64,000 bases of DNA from Eledone cirrhosa (Eukaryota), in NCBI GenBank assembly GCA_964016885.1, contig OZ024745.1:126728001-126792000 (forward strand), written 5' to 3'. The first letter of the stretch is position 1, and every line of letters begins with the position of its first letter. The position numbers were made by a program, and so were the translations under genes. Shown one piece after another: positions 51,110 through 64,000 of the stretch. The notes under the pieces were generated by a model that worked only from the letters and a program-made list of their open reading frames with translations, made no database searches and was not told the DNA's origin.

Positions 51110-54100
51110 GAGATATAATAATACTTATATTTAGTAAAACAAAGTATAGTAAGTAAATATACATTTAAGGGCAAACGTAATTTTACTTACATTATAATTA
51201 GCAAATCCAATTATATATATATACATATCTATGTGCATGTGTATAGACACACACACATATAGATAGATATTATAAAGAGTCGGGAACCTACGGCTGAACT
51301 CTTGCTGTTTCAACAGCTAGTTCCAGACTCTTTTATAATATAACTATACTCTACTACTCCAAGTATCGAGTACTCTGTTGAGTAATGGTCAAACGAGTTT
51401 CAAACTAAATCCATTCTGATTTTGATATATATATGTGTTTGTGTATGTGTGTGTGCGCGCGCGTACACAATATATATGTAATATATATATAAAGATAGAT
51501 AGATATGTATATATATGTGTATGTATGTATAAGATATATAACGAGGCTAAGAAAGATAGTGTGAGATATGGTATGTGTACATGATATATTCCATAAATAA
51601 AATTTCAAGATTTACTAATAATTAAGAGAATATTGGGCGGGTTAACACAAGTTGATTTCTTGAAAATTTGAAGTATAATTTTGGCATTCCAAAATTCTTA
51701 TTTTTTATCCTTACATTTTAGCTGGATATCTTTTTTTAATTGATTTCGTTTGATAGACAATTATATATTATTTACTTTCGCTTAATTAAGAAAATATAAA
51801 GAACTTTAACTGATTTGCTTTAAAACTAAATACATTATTTACGAAGAATTATCCACCGTAATGTTTATTCTTGTAGCGTGGCGCCAGTCTTGAGACAGCT
51901 TGCTGCTGCTTTTACTACTACTGTAAAAACATTAACACGGAAAATGTTCACTTCTGCATACAATAGTGCAACTATGCAACGCACTGCTTAATTCATTCAT
52001 ATGCATGTTAATATGTATTTAGTTTGCTTCTGCAATTATCATTCGGTGAGAGAGTAACCGATCGTTGAAACATCGATCGCAAAATCATTATACCAGCCAT
52101 AAGATATACGTTACTAAGTACTAAATACTTACTCTGTAACTTTCTTTTTTTTTTTTAAATCTATATTATTAACATTCAACATATGTTTCGCGTGAATATA
52201 TTGAATTTCCAATGATTGGCGGTCACACACGTGTATACAGATATCTATAAAAGACACACGCAATGTAAATACCTGTGTCTTAGTGTGTGTATCTAAGTAA
52301 AGTGGAAGCTCGATTCACGAACGCCTCTCATCACGAACAAATCGGTTCACAAACAATATTTTCGAACATAAAACGCCTCGGTTGGCGAATGGGGTCTCGA
52401 GGAACGAATACACAAGCCGGCAACAACAGTTGGTGACATGCCGGCAGTATCGGCGGGAAAGCATAACTAGCTGTGTAGTTAGTTACTCTGGTGATATTTA
52501 TATGTCATTCACACACAGTCTCTCTCTCTCTCTCACTGAATTTTTCTCTCAACATTTCGGATGACGAATTGCCTTCAGGAACAAATTATCGTGAACCGAG
52601 ATTGCACTGTATGTATATATATATATATATATATATACACATTATACATGTATAATGGAAATAATATATAGTATATATTCATATAATATATATATACATA
52701 TAAATGATAAAATCACCCATCCCAGTACTGTTTCTATAATAAAATGTCACCAGTGGGAAAAAGACCCAGAATAGTGTTGATGATGATGAATAGATATGAA
52801 ACAAATGTGTAATCAAATGTGTAATCATTTAACACTCATTTTTCCTGCTAGCAAGGGTTGAATGGGACATCATATTTTCAAAGCTAGTGGTGTGGAATTA
52901 CATAAATACAAATGATTAACTTACATATTAATATTTGCTCACTGAAACAATGATTAATTACAGACAATGGATTAATTACTAATTTATTTTGTTTTTCTTA
53001 CTCCCTCATTGTTTAACCTTTATATATTTGACTCTCTAGTTTGAATGTTCATTGACATGTACAAGGAGATCCTCTTTACACAAAAACAGATGACACTCGG
53101 CTTTGATTGAATATTCACATCTACACAACATTGAGTTCTAAGACTGTTATAAATCCTGCCCAGACTAGACAAAACAAATATGTATCATTATCATCATCAT
53201 TTAAAGTCTGCCTTTCTTTCTAACAAATGTTAGGTAGACAGTATTCAAGCAGAGTTTCTGACATCTCATATGGGCTGGAGGTGCCTACATCTTGCTTATG
53301 TACTTTCCATGGAGAAAGACTTCTTCATAACCTTCTGTTTGTCTCATTTCCTGGTGAACATGAGATCTAACTAGTATTGCATATTCACCTGATTGGTATG
53401 TGATCAAGTAACTGGCTGGTTTCCTGAAATTAGTATTGAAAATGGTTTAAATCATTTTCATCATAGACCTTCAGGAGCCTTGATCTTTCCTCCTTCCTCT
53501 TAGTGTATCCATAGATACCATATACCTCAGAGAAACTATCCTGGTGCTACCCAACATATCCATCAACCATTTCATTGCTATATTTCTAATGGAATTCAAA
53601 GCTATTGTGTTTCAGTTAATTTTGAAGATAACTAAAAATTTAGAAAAAATTTAATGAAATAACTTTTTCATTAGTAAGCTGATATTTTACATCATTTTGT
53701 AACAAACATTTCTCAAATAAAATTAATTTGGAAGGTTTTACCATAAGTGTAAACATTTTAAAATGGGCAGTTTTGTGTCATAAATCTAGAGTAGTTTCAG
53801 GCAGGTTGGTATTAAAAGTGTTCAAGCTACTATCTACCATACTGAAGTCACTGTTATTTGTTATCCGGCTGCTCTGCAAGAGTGTGTCATAGAAATTTTC
53901 CTTTGCTTATCTGCCAGCAATAACAGTTCATTTTTATTGTTTATGATTAGTCTAAGCTTAACTGTTCTATCATAAACTCTGACTACCTCAGCTATTTTAT
54001 ACTTTTTCTCTGCAACAATGTGCCTACTCCACCTACTCAAGCATTGTTACCTTATTTAAAGTTAAAGTCTGTCTTATCCCTTTAACATTTAAACTGCTTG

Positions 54101-55199
54101 TATCCAGCCAGAATTCTCTCACCTCTTTCTGTTCAAACTGGCTGTAACTGGCTGCTCATACTTATGTTAAGGTATTATTCTCAAAATAAATAACATCAAA
54201 ATCTCATAGATTTAATATTATGTGAGATAATTATCTAAGGAAAATATAATAGTAAATATAGAGTAATGTAAATGGTAATGGGATACACGTGAGAGCTTAT
54301 CTGGTCGGTGTTTATTCCGGTTTAAGTGACTAAGAATTCAAGATTCCTCCTTTGAACCAGGATGTTAATCCTTCACAGGATTAACACCCACTTACTGCTG
54401 GTACTCATTTTCAACTGGAGTAATGTAAAATGAAGTGTTTTGCTGAAGAACATAATGCAGTATCCAATCCAAAAATCAAACCCACAACATTATGATTATA
54501 AGTCCAACACCCTTCTCAGTAGGATGTGTATCTGTGTTGTTTACTTGTGAGGAGTCTGGCTAATACCACACTCCATCTCATCTCTTATACACAGCAATCC
54601 CTCCAAAGTTTCATTATACCAATATAAAAATGGAAATTATCCAGTAGTGGTTGGTTTGTTATTTGAAGTCTGTTTTCTGCAAGCATTTAATAACAGTCAA
54701 GAGTTTCACGCACATGGCTAAATATTTTCACACAACCATCTTTCTACTACTGTCAAGAGCTAACATCGGCCCATTTGGCTTTCTTAATGGCATGCTTAAT
54801 TTAGAAATTGCCTTGAACTTTTTAGTAGCATGGCCTACCCTATAATGAAGCATATCCTATGTGGTCTGCTGCTTGATAAATGTTGCCCATACATGCTCTA
54901 CCATGTCCAGCACTAATATAGTAAGTGCTAGTTTACTGGCCGTAAGCCCTTTCTATCACTAAACACATTGCATGGACTGGGTGTACTTTATCATGCCACT
55001 AGCACAAGAGAGGTCTGGATTAAAGTTTTCCCCTCTTCATTGTGTCAATTTTTATTTGAAGTTACTGTTCATCTAAATAGGTTGCTAATAGTAGAGCTTA
55101 TGGAATCCACATCTTCTGCATATATTTATAGATATATATATACACACTCACAAATATGTCTGTATAGGCATGTGTATATATATATATATTATCTTATTC

Positions 55200-55231
<32 letters not shown>

Positions 55232-55855
55232 AGTAACACAGTAGGTTGGTGTGTAATGATAGGTTCTGGTAGTTTGCTAATCAGAACACTCAATGTAGTT
55301 CCATAAATTTTGTATATGATGCAAGCCTTGAGACTTTGATCCTGCTTACTTTTATATATATATATCCAGGGATTGTAACACAAAGTTACTATAGGTTTTC
55401 CCCGATGAGCACTCAATGTTTAGGTTCAAATCAGTATCGAGGTGTAGAGCTAGACAGAGTGTAATATATATATATATATACACACACATTCACACACATA
55501 CATGCATGCTTAATCACACACATATTTTTAAGGTTTTTGTCATTGTTGACAACTCACCTTACTGATGTATCAGGTGATATTCGTGATAGTACCAGGGTAT
55601 TCCAGTGCCTTAGCCTCACTATTACCTGTTGTAGTGTGTAATTGAGTATGCATGCCTTCTCTTGGGCTTTTTCTTTGTTAAGTTTTTATGGATTTGTTTC
55701 TTTCGTAAATTCTGTCTATTACATAAATTGTGTTTATATGTTTTAATGGTTATCAAATGAATGTTTTCCATCTAGATATTTGAAAATTCCTACTTTATCC
55801 TTCTAAAGACATATTTTTATACATACCTATAAAAGTCAATATAATGTCATAGACT

Positions 55856-56270
55856 CTTCTTCTCCTTCACCCACTTATTCCGTGGGGCGGGCGGGGTGGG
55901 GGGGGTTCTCAAACACTCCTTCCAGCAAGTTCTGTCAGAAGCAACTGTCTCCAACTGATCTGGCTGGTTCCCCAAGTGCGACCAGCCAGGCTCATGGATA
56001 TCCAACCATCTTGCTCAGGGTCTACAACTCCTGCCAGTTGATTTTGCCCGTAAAATATGTCCAACGATTCTTTCCTGAGACATTCTAACCACATGCCCAT
56101 AGTATCGGATCTGTGATCTCTCAATTTGGAGAAGTAACAGCTCTACCTTAAGTGACTCTCTGATCTCCGAGCTACACACTCTTTTGAGTAACATTACTCA
56201 AAAGATCCTTCGGAAGAACCCCATGTCAGCCCCTTGTATTCGTGATCATATTCTTTTGATCATTACCTAG
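55856..56270 (-). mobile_element. RTE LINE 3' fragment
   Basis: Same family as 1955-2320. Confidence 0.8.
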
Positions 56271-56624
56271 ACCTCATTTGCTTACCGAGTGGGTTGGAAC
56301 TCATCAAATTGGACCAAATTGTTTCCATTGGTCTTTTTGATACTATCTACCTGTCACAACTCTTGACAGGGGGAACAACGTGAAATAAAATGTCTTGCTC
56401 AAGGGCATAACACATTGCCCAGTCCAGGATTGAACTCACAACCTCACGATTACGGATCCAACTCCTTAGCCACTAAGTCTCACGCCTTCACTATGGCTGA
56501 CATACAACAGTAGCAGAAGTAGAATATGTACTGCATGGGGACCAACTTAAGTTTGTCTCCTTCGCCTCACCCCCTATAAAATACAACATATTGGACAGTG
56601 ACTCCCGGACAAAAGTTATATAAA

Positions 56625-57227
56625 TACCGTATATGCTGGCGTACAAGTCGACCTAAAATTCTCAGATGTAATTCAAGTTTAGGCTTATATTCGCCGGATA
56701 AGACGAAACCCCTCCACCCCCCAAAATAAGGCAGTACCATTTTCCCAACCCTATATGCGCTTGCCATTTTTTATTTACACAAAATATAAAACACGGAAAT
56801 AAAACCTTAGGTTATTGGCAGTATCGGTAGAGCGTCAGACACCATGTTTTGCAGCATAGTTATGGCCCTTTACGTTCTGAGTTCAAATACCGTCGAGGTT
56901 AACTTTGCTTTTCATCCTTACGGAGTCGATAAAATAAAGTACCAGTAATGCACTGGGGTAATTGCTGGCCTTGTGCCAAATGTAGAGACAATTATTATAA
57001 TCTCTCCGTTAAATAGACTTAACAAATATGAGATTCAGTAGGAAATAATTATGGTGGGCTGCTACTGTTAATGTAAGAGGTGTTCAGCGAGTATTTGACA
57101 GGCAGTTTCACTGTTTAGCCCTCAGTCGTAAAGGTTCACATTTTATATTCGGCGGACAAGTCAACCCCTTGTTTTGGAGAGATATTTTTAGGTTCCAAAT
57201 GTCGACTTGTATGCCGGATATACGTTA
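56625..57227. mobile_element. pogo/Tigger-like non-autonomous DNA transposon carrying a SINE A insertion
   Basis: TIRs TACCGTATATGCTGGCGTACAAGTCGAC / GTCGACTTGTATGCCGGATATACGTTA; SINE at 56812-56996. Confidence 0.75.
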
Positions 57228-57944
57228 TGTATATACTTGTTTGTGTACCACTATAACATGACAAAGTGCTGCCTGGGGCGGACTACCCCCTCCTCCCCAC
57301 ACATACACTTTCCTAACTACGATAATGTCATGCAATGGATCACGTTTATTCAAGATATTGACATGATTCGGTAACTTCTCAGTAGAACGAATTCATGGGT
57401 AAGATTTCAATTCTTAATCGGAGCTATATAAACATCGTAACTCTCCTTATAAATTTTCTTTCGTTGAAATCATTACCATATATTATTTTTCTGTACTTTG
57501 GCGAAGAGATTGTTATTCATTTATTTATTTATTTTACAAACTCTAGAAAGATTGTAATCGATTATTTAAAAACTATTTCGTTGGCAATTCTTCGGAATAC
57601 AAATGAGCTTTTAACGAGATAAAACGTCTCGTTAAATAATTCAACCGACTCGAAATCAAATAAATAGCAACCCCTGTTGTAGAGTAACTTTCATTTGTAC
57701 ATGACAACTTTTTTTCACAGATGAATTCAATTTTATTATCATATAACAAATATATAAGATTAAATAGAAATACATACATATAATCAATTAATTTTTGGTA
57801 AGAACCTTATAAATATAATGCACAAAATATATATAATCAAAGCAAGAAAAAAAACCCCATTAATTCAACACTGTGTCAATTGTTCACACACCACAGGGTC
57901 ATCGGAATTTACAACTTTTATTCTTTGTTTGTTTGAAATTACAA

Positions 57945-58298
57945 ACCACATGCCTAAAGTATCGGAGCTGTGATTTCTTAATTCGGAGAAGTAACGGCTC
58001 TACCCTGAGTGACTCTTTGATCTCTGAACTACGCACGTGCCCATACTATGGGCATTTGGTTAGAATGTCTCAGGAAGGAATCGCTGGACAGATTTTATGG
58101 GCAAAGCAACAGATAGGAGATCCAGGGGTAGACCCCGAGCAAGATGGTTGGATAGCACCCATAAGCTTGGCTGGTCACGATTGGGGATCCAGCCGGATCA
58201 GTTGGAGACGGTTGCTTCTGACAGGACCCACTGGAGGGAGTGTTTTAGAATTCTGCCCACGACCCTCTCAGGAATAAGTGGGCGAAGAAGAAGAAGAA
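57945..58298 (+). mobile_element. RTE LINE 3' fragment with an inverted 5' segment
   Basis: 57945-58036 is in minus orientation and 58043-58298 in plus orientation, ending in (GAA)n. Confidence 0.7.
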
Positions 58299-58330
58299 AA
58301 AATGCCTTAGATGTCAAAAATCAGCACATA

Positions 58331-58781
58331 TGTAGCGAAATCTGTCCACGCCTTGAACCTTGGGTGACACCTAAAAGTCAAATTCTAGGTCACCTTCCTT
58401 TTCGGTGTGGACAGATTCATGCGTGGGCGATCCCTCGAGGCAGGGAGACAGAAATCGACAGGTATATAAAGCCTATATTTTCCTACGTTTTACACAGAGA
58501 GATCGGAACCGTACTCTATAGACAAGCTATGTAAAGATCCACCGCCTACTCCAGGCCGCTGAGATCTACAATCAACCACAAACCATTACTCTATCTCTCC
58601 TGGTCTCAGACTGCACCAGCCTCATGAACCAACAACAAAATAACATCGTCAACCTTCGCAACTCGTGGTAACTTGTTTATTGTTCTTTTTGACTGAAATA
58701 AAGTAAACCTTTTTATATATAAAGTAAATCAGCTATTTTTGTTATTTCATCTAACAACCTACTACTAATACCTTCGTTACA
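58331..58781 (+). mobile_element. Solo LTR, 451 bp, probably Gypsy-type
   Basis: TGTAGCGAA...TTCGTTACA termini, 4-bp TSD CATA at 58327-58330 and 58782-58785, internal TATATAAA and AATAAA. Confidence 0.85.
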
Positions 58782-59237
58782 CATACACGCCCATATCTAT
58801 TATATAATTACATAAGTATTTCACAAAAATATAGAATCAAAACACTCTGTATGAATTGATTACACATCACGTTGGGTGCCGGAGTCCCTCCGCTAATACT
58901 TGTTGAGGCAAGCCCACACACTGGCAACATTACCGCAGGTTATTCGATAGAAATTAAGAAGAAATTAAAGTGCTGTAAATTATTCTAGTAATTTCTAATC
59001 TTAAAACGTGCTATATTTAACCAGAGTCAATATTCCCTCCATTCTGAAGCCAGCTGGATTCTACAGGCGGACCAGTCGCCAAAGAGATGGTGCTCCCCGC
59101 CTCCAGATTTTGAAAAAATTACGAAACTCCACCTTCGAATTATTGGTGAATGTTCTGAAACCTCACGAGCATCAAAGCCTGGCGATTGGCCTTTGTTCAG
59201 GGTTAATGGGAAGAGGCCCTATTCTTTGCCCATGGAC

Positions 59238-59590
59238 CAGTTGTTCTCAAAGTGGGCTCTACCGCTCCCTGGGGGGCGTTGAGAAGGTCCAGGTGGCGCT
59301 GGCGCCTAAGGGAGCAGTTGAGGTCGGTACAGATGATATATTAGTATATTAAATATCAAATAATACATAATATATATATGAATATAGTAAAATGAAAAAA
59401 AATATAAAATATTTATTTATGCATATGTATTATATTATTTATTATAAGTAAATTAACGATTTTATTTGTTATATATTATTCACAATTTGCGTGTAGGCAG
59501 GTCTCTCTGGAAATAGTGTGTGGGGGGGGGGGGGCTTGAGGGTAATACGTAGCCGTGAGGGGCGGGGGAAAAACGTTTTGAGAACCTCTG
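59238..59590. mobile_element. hAT/Charlie-like MITE
   Basis: TIRs CAGTTGTTCTCAAA / TTTGAGAACCTCTG; 8-bp flanks match only 5 of 8. Confidence 0.7.
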
Positions 59591-60157
59591 CGTTCGACTA
59601 AAAATTTATGGGATGCCACTGTCAGAGACCTCTTTCGATCTTTGTTATATCCAAGATGCTGCATGAAGACGTAGGTCATTGTATTCATAGCCAAATGCAA
59701 TAAAATACTGAAATGCCGTGATTTATCGGTAAATTACATTTTTCAGCTTGTAACATTTTAGACGTTCGTAGGTGTTAGGTCACTGACAGGCGAGGTTATT
59801 TGGCGGCTCACTATACTGATGCTTGTGAGAGTGCTTAGTTATACCTGCACTATAGTTTCGCTATCACCCGTGCTAATAGGCAACACAGGCACTCCTTGTT
59901 GTAGTGTGTAATTGCGTGTGCACGTCTGGTCTTTAATTTTTCTTTCTGACTTTTTTTTTCATTGATTTTGAAAATCTTAAACATTATATAATATAACACA
60001 CCGTTTGTGTGTTGAATATAAATATTAAATATATATAAAATCTAAAATCAATTGAGTATGTCCCTAGGGGAACAATAAAATTATCTTCTTAGAGATGTTT
60101 TATTAATTCAGTATTGAATAAAAAAAAAATTATTCGAGGATTTTAAACGAAACTAGT

Positions 60158-60836
60158 CGTACAAGTCGATCCGGCGCATAGGTCTACCACTAAAATTTTG
60201 AGGTGTAATTCAAGTATAGGCCTATATTCGCCCGATAAGACCCCCCCCCCCCCAAAAAAAAATAATAATAAGGCAGTACTATCTCCCCAGCCCTAGATGT
60301 GCTTCTCATTCTTTATTTGCACAAAATATAAAACATGGAAATAAACAGTAAACCAGCCTAGCCTAACCTTAACGAAACTATGGTAACCTACCCTATTAGC
60401 TACGGCAAGCCATGGATTGGCAGTATCGGTAGAGGGTCGGATGCTAAGCTTTGCAGCATAGTTACGTCCCCTTTATGGACTGAGTTCAAATCCCGCCGAG
60501 GTTAACTTTGCTTTTCATCCTTACGAGGTTGATGAAATAAAGTACCAGTGGGGTACATGCACTGGGGTATTTGATGGCCTTGTGCCAAATGTAGAGACAA
60601 TTATTATAATCTCTCCGTTAAATAGACTTAACAAATATGAGATTCAGTAGGAAATAATTATGGTGGACTGCTAGAGTTATGGTAAGAGGTGTACAACGTG
60701 TGTTTCGCAGGCAGTTTCACTGTTTACCCCTCAGTGGTAAAGGTTCACATATTATATTCGGTGGACAAGTCGGCCCCTAGTTTTGGAGGGATATTTTTAG
60801 GCCCCAAATGCTGACTTGTATGCCGGATATACGGTA
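60158..60836. mobile_element. Second copy of the pogo-like element with the same SINE A passenger
   Basis: Shares the SINE 3' junction GTAGAGACAATTATTATAATCTCTCCGTTAAATAGAC and the right TIR with 56625-57227. Confidence 0.75.
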
Positions 60837-62324
<1,488 letters not shown>

Positions 62325-62606
62325 GGAACAAGTAAGACCCCTTCGTTATCTAGCTCCTATCCCCGTAGTAGAGCACTTTCCGACCCTACCACGCCTTCCT
62401 TCGTTGTATATATATATATATATATGTAATAAATACAATATCGGAGAAAGCTTTTTAGCGATACTCCGGCCAAATTCCAACTCACTCAACAAACATTAGG
62501 AAATAAGTCATTAGATTCCCAATTATGTGTTCGGGGTGCTAACTAAAAGTATTGCGTGGAAAATTGGCTGTATTATTTCAAATGAGACATATCTAATACA
62601 TCTCTT

Positions 62607-62733
62607 CCCAGACGGACGTCTCGTTTCATTATAGGATTCCTACAATTTGGGTGAAATTATACCAATTTATGTAGGAACTTGTATACCATCAATAGATATA
62701 TATTCAAGTGGGCTCCTATAATTCATCAGTGGG
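62607..62733 (-). ncRNA. Type I hammerhead ribozyme with large branched stem II
   Basis: Minus strand: CCCA-CUGAUGA-AUUAUAGGA-[77 nt]-UCCUAUAAU-GAA-ACG-AGACGUC-CGU-C-UGGG; core 62723-62729, GAAA 62624-62627, GUC 62611-62613. Confidence 0.85.
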
Positions 62734-64000
62734 TGCCCCAATAATACTAATATTGATAATCTAACCAACATCAGCATTTAGCGATAATCACTTTCTGTTG
62801 TGCCTGAGGTATCTGTCAGGTTGCCAGTCCAGCAGTTCTAAAGAAGTGCTCGAACTGATTCAAAAAATGAGGAAGTGAATTACCGCCAAAAAAACAATAC
62901 AAGCGCGTGACAATGAACTCTGAAAGGAATTCAGATATATATGTATATATATATATATATATAGTTATACTTGGGAGTTTTTTGATCCTCTGTGTTCGGA
63001 CCTGGTGTACATGAGAGATGGTGAGGGCGAGAGAGACAGAGGCGATGACAGTGGGATTTTGGTTCCACTGTGTTCGGATCTGGTGTACATGTGTGTTTAA
63101 TTTTACACTGTCAACCTTTTGCTTTCCATAATTTTCTTGGTACTACACAAGTAATAGTTCTTAATCATATCAACTGAAAGAGCAATCAAATATTCAACAT
63201 CTCTCTCTCTCTCTAATTATTTATATCATAACATATTAGCTGCTCTTCAAATTGACAGTGAAATGTTAAATATATTTAGTATTAGTGAACAATGATTGCT
63301 CTCGTATTACCAACTAGTCTATAAACACAATAGGAATCACTACCAACACAGATAACATCAACAGCAGTAATTGTAGTTAGTTTTTTTATCTGCTTATTGA
63401 TGACGATCTCTTTATCTAAAGTAAACAGTTTACATTCTAATCATATAAAGAAGACTTGTTGAAGGAAGTCTATTATGCAATACAAAATTTACTTTTGTCT
63501 TTCTACCTACTGATTTCAAATCTCGCTGGGGTTGGCTTTGCCGTTAATTCCTTCAGGGTTGATAGAAAGGTGCTGATCATCAGATCAGAACAAAGAAAAC
63601 ATGTTTCATGTCTCTCCATTCCATTGCAATGCCTGGTAAAAAGAGGTATGATTTGAACTCGGAATGCACAGAGGTGGATTAGATACAGCAAAGCATCTTC
63701 TCAAACTCTTTAACATTTCCCTGGAAAGAAGAAAAGCGAAATTGATCTCAATGGGATTTGAACTCAGAAAGCTGGAACAAATACAGAAGCATATAATCTG
63801 ATGCTCTAATGACTCTGCCAATAAAGGTTGATAAAATATATGCTATTAATGCATTTAAATCAATTTACTTTGTTAGATTCTCATCCACCACCCCGCCCAA
63901 TTTAACCTGATGCCTAATAGAATGGTTTCTTTATTCACAATAATGGTTTCTTTATTCTTCATGCCTAATAGAATAATATCAAAATTCCCTTGGTGGTATC

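Noticed and set aside
59008-59352. 114-aa ORF
   Set aside because: No recognisable protein; its 3' third lies inside a hAT MITE.

Overview
AT-rich, repeat-dense animal genomic DNA. The SINE families and (TA)n load suggest an octopod cephalopod, which is an inference. Two genes diverge from a shared CpG-containing promoter at about 32.6 kb. On the minus strand is exostosin-2 (EXT2), first coding exon CDS 26337-26839. On the plus strand is diacylglycerol lipase alpha (DAGLA), first coding exon CDS 33021-33115, which the ORF track missed. I found no further exons, so the rest of the window appears to be two large introns. These are filled with tRNA-derived SINEs, RTE/CR1/R4/CRE LINE fragments, TTAA-flanked MITEs, other DNA-transposon relics, a solo LTR, minisatellites and (TA)n tracts. 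The most notable signal is a set of non-coding, mostly (TA)n-associated, Penelope/retrozyme-like elements carrying type I hammerhead ribozymes. Six complete motifs can be folded by eye (7757, 19774, 35281, 44177, 49594, 62607), plus a truncated one at 7144. Two of the six have an unusual large branched stem II. Several palindromes have their inversion centre inside the hammerhead, and a TATTGAGTAC(TCT) motif recurs downstream in otherwise dissimilar families. All RNA folds were done manually and none has been tested for activity.
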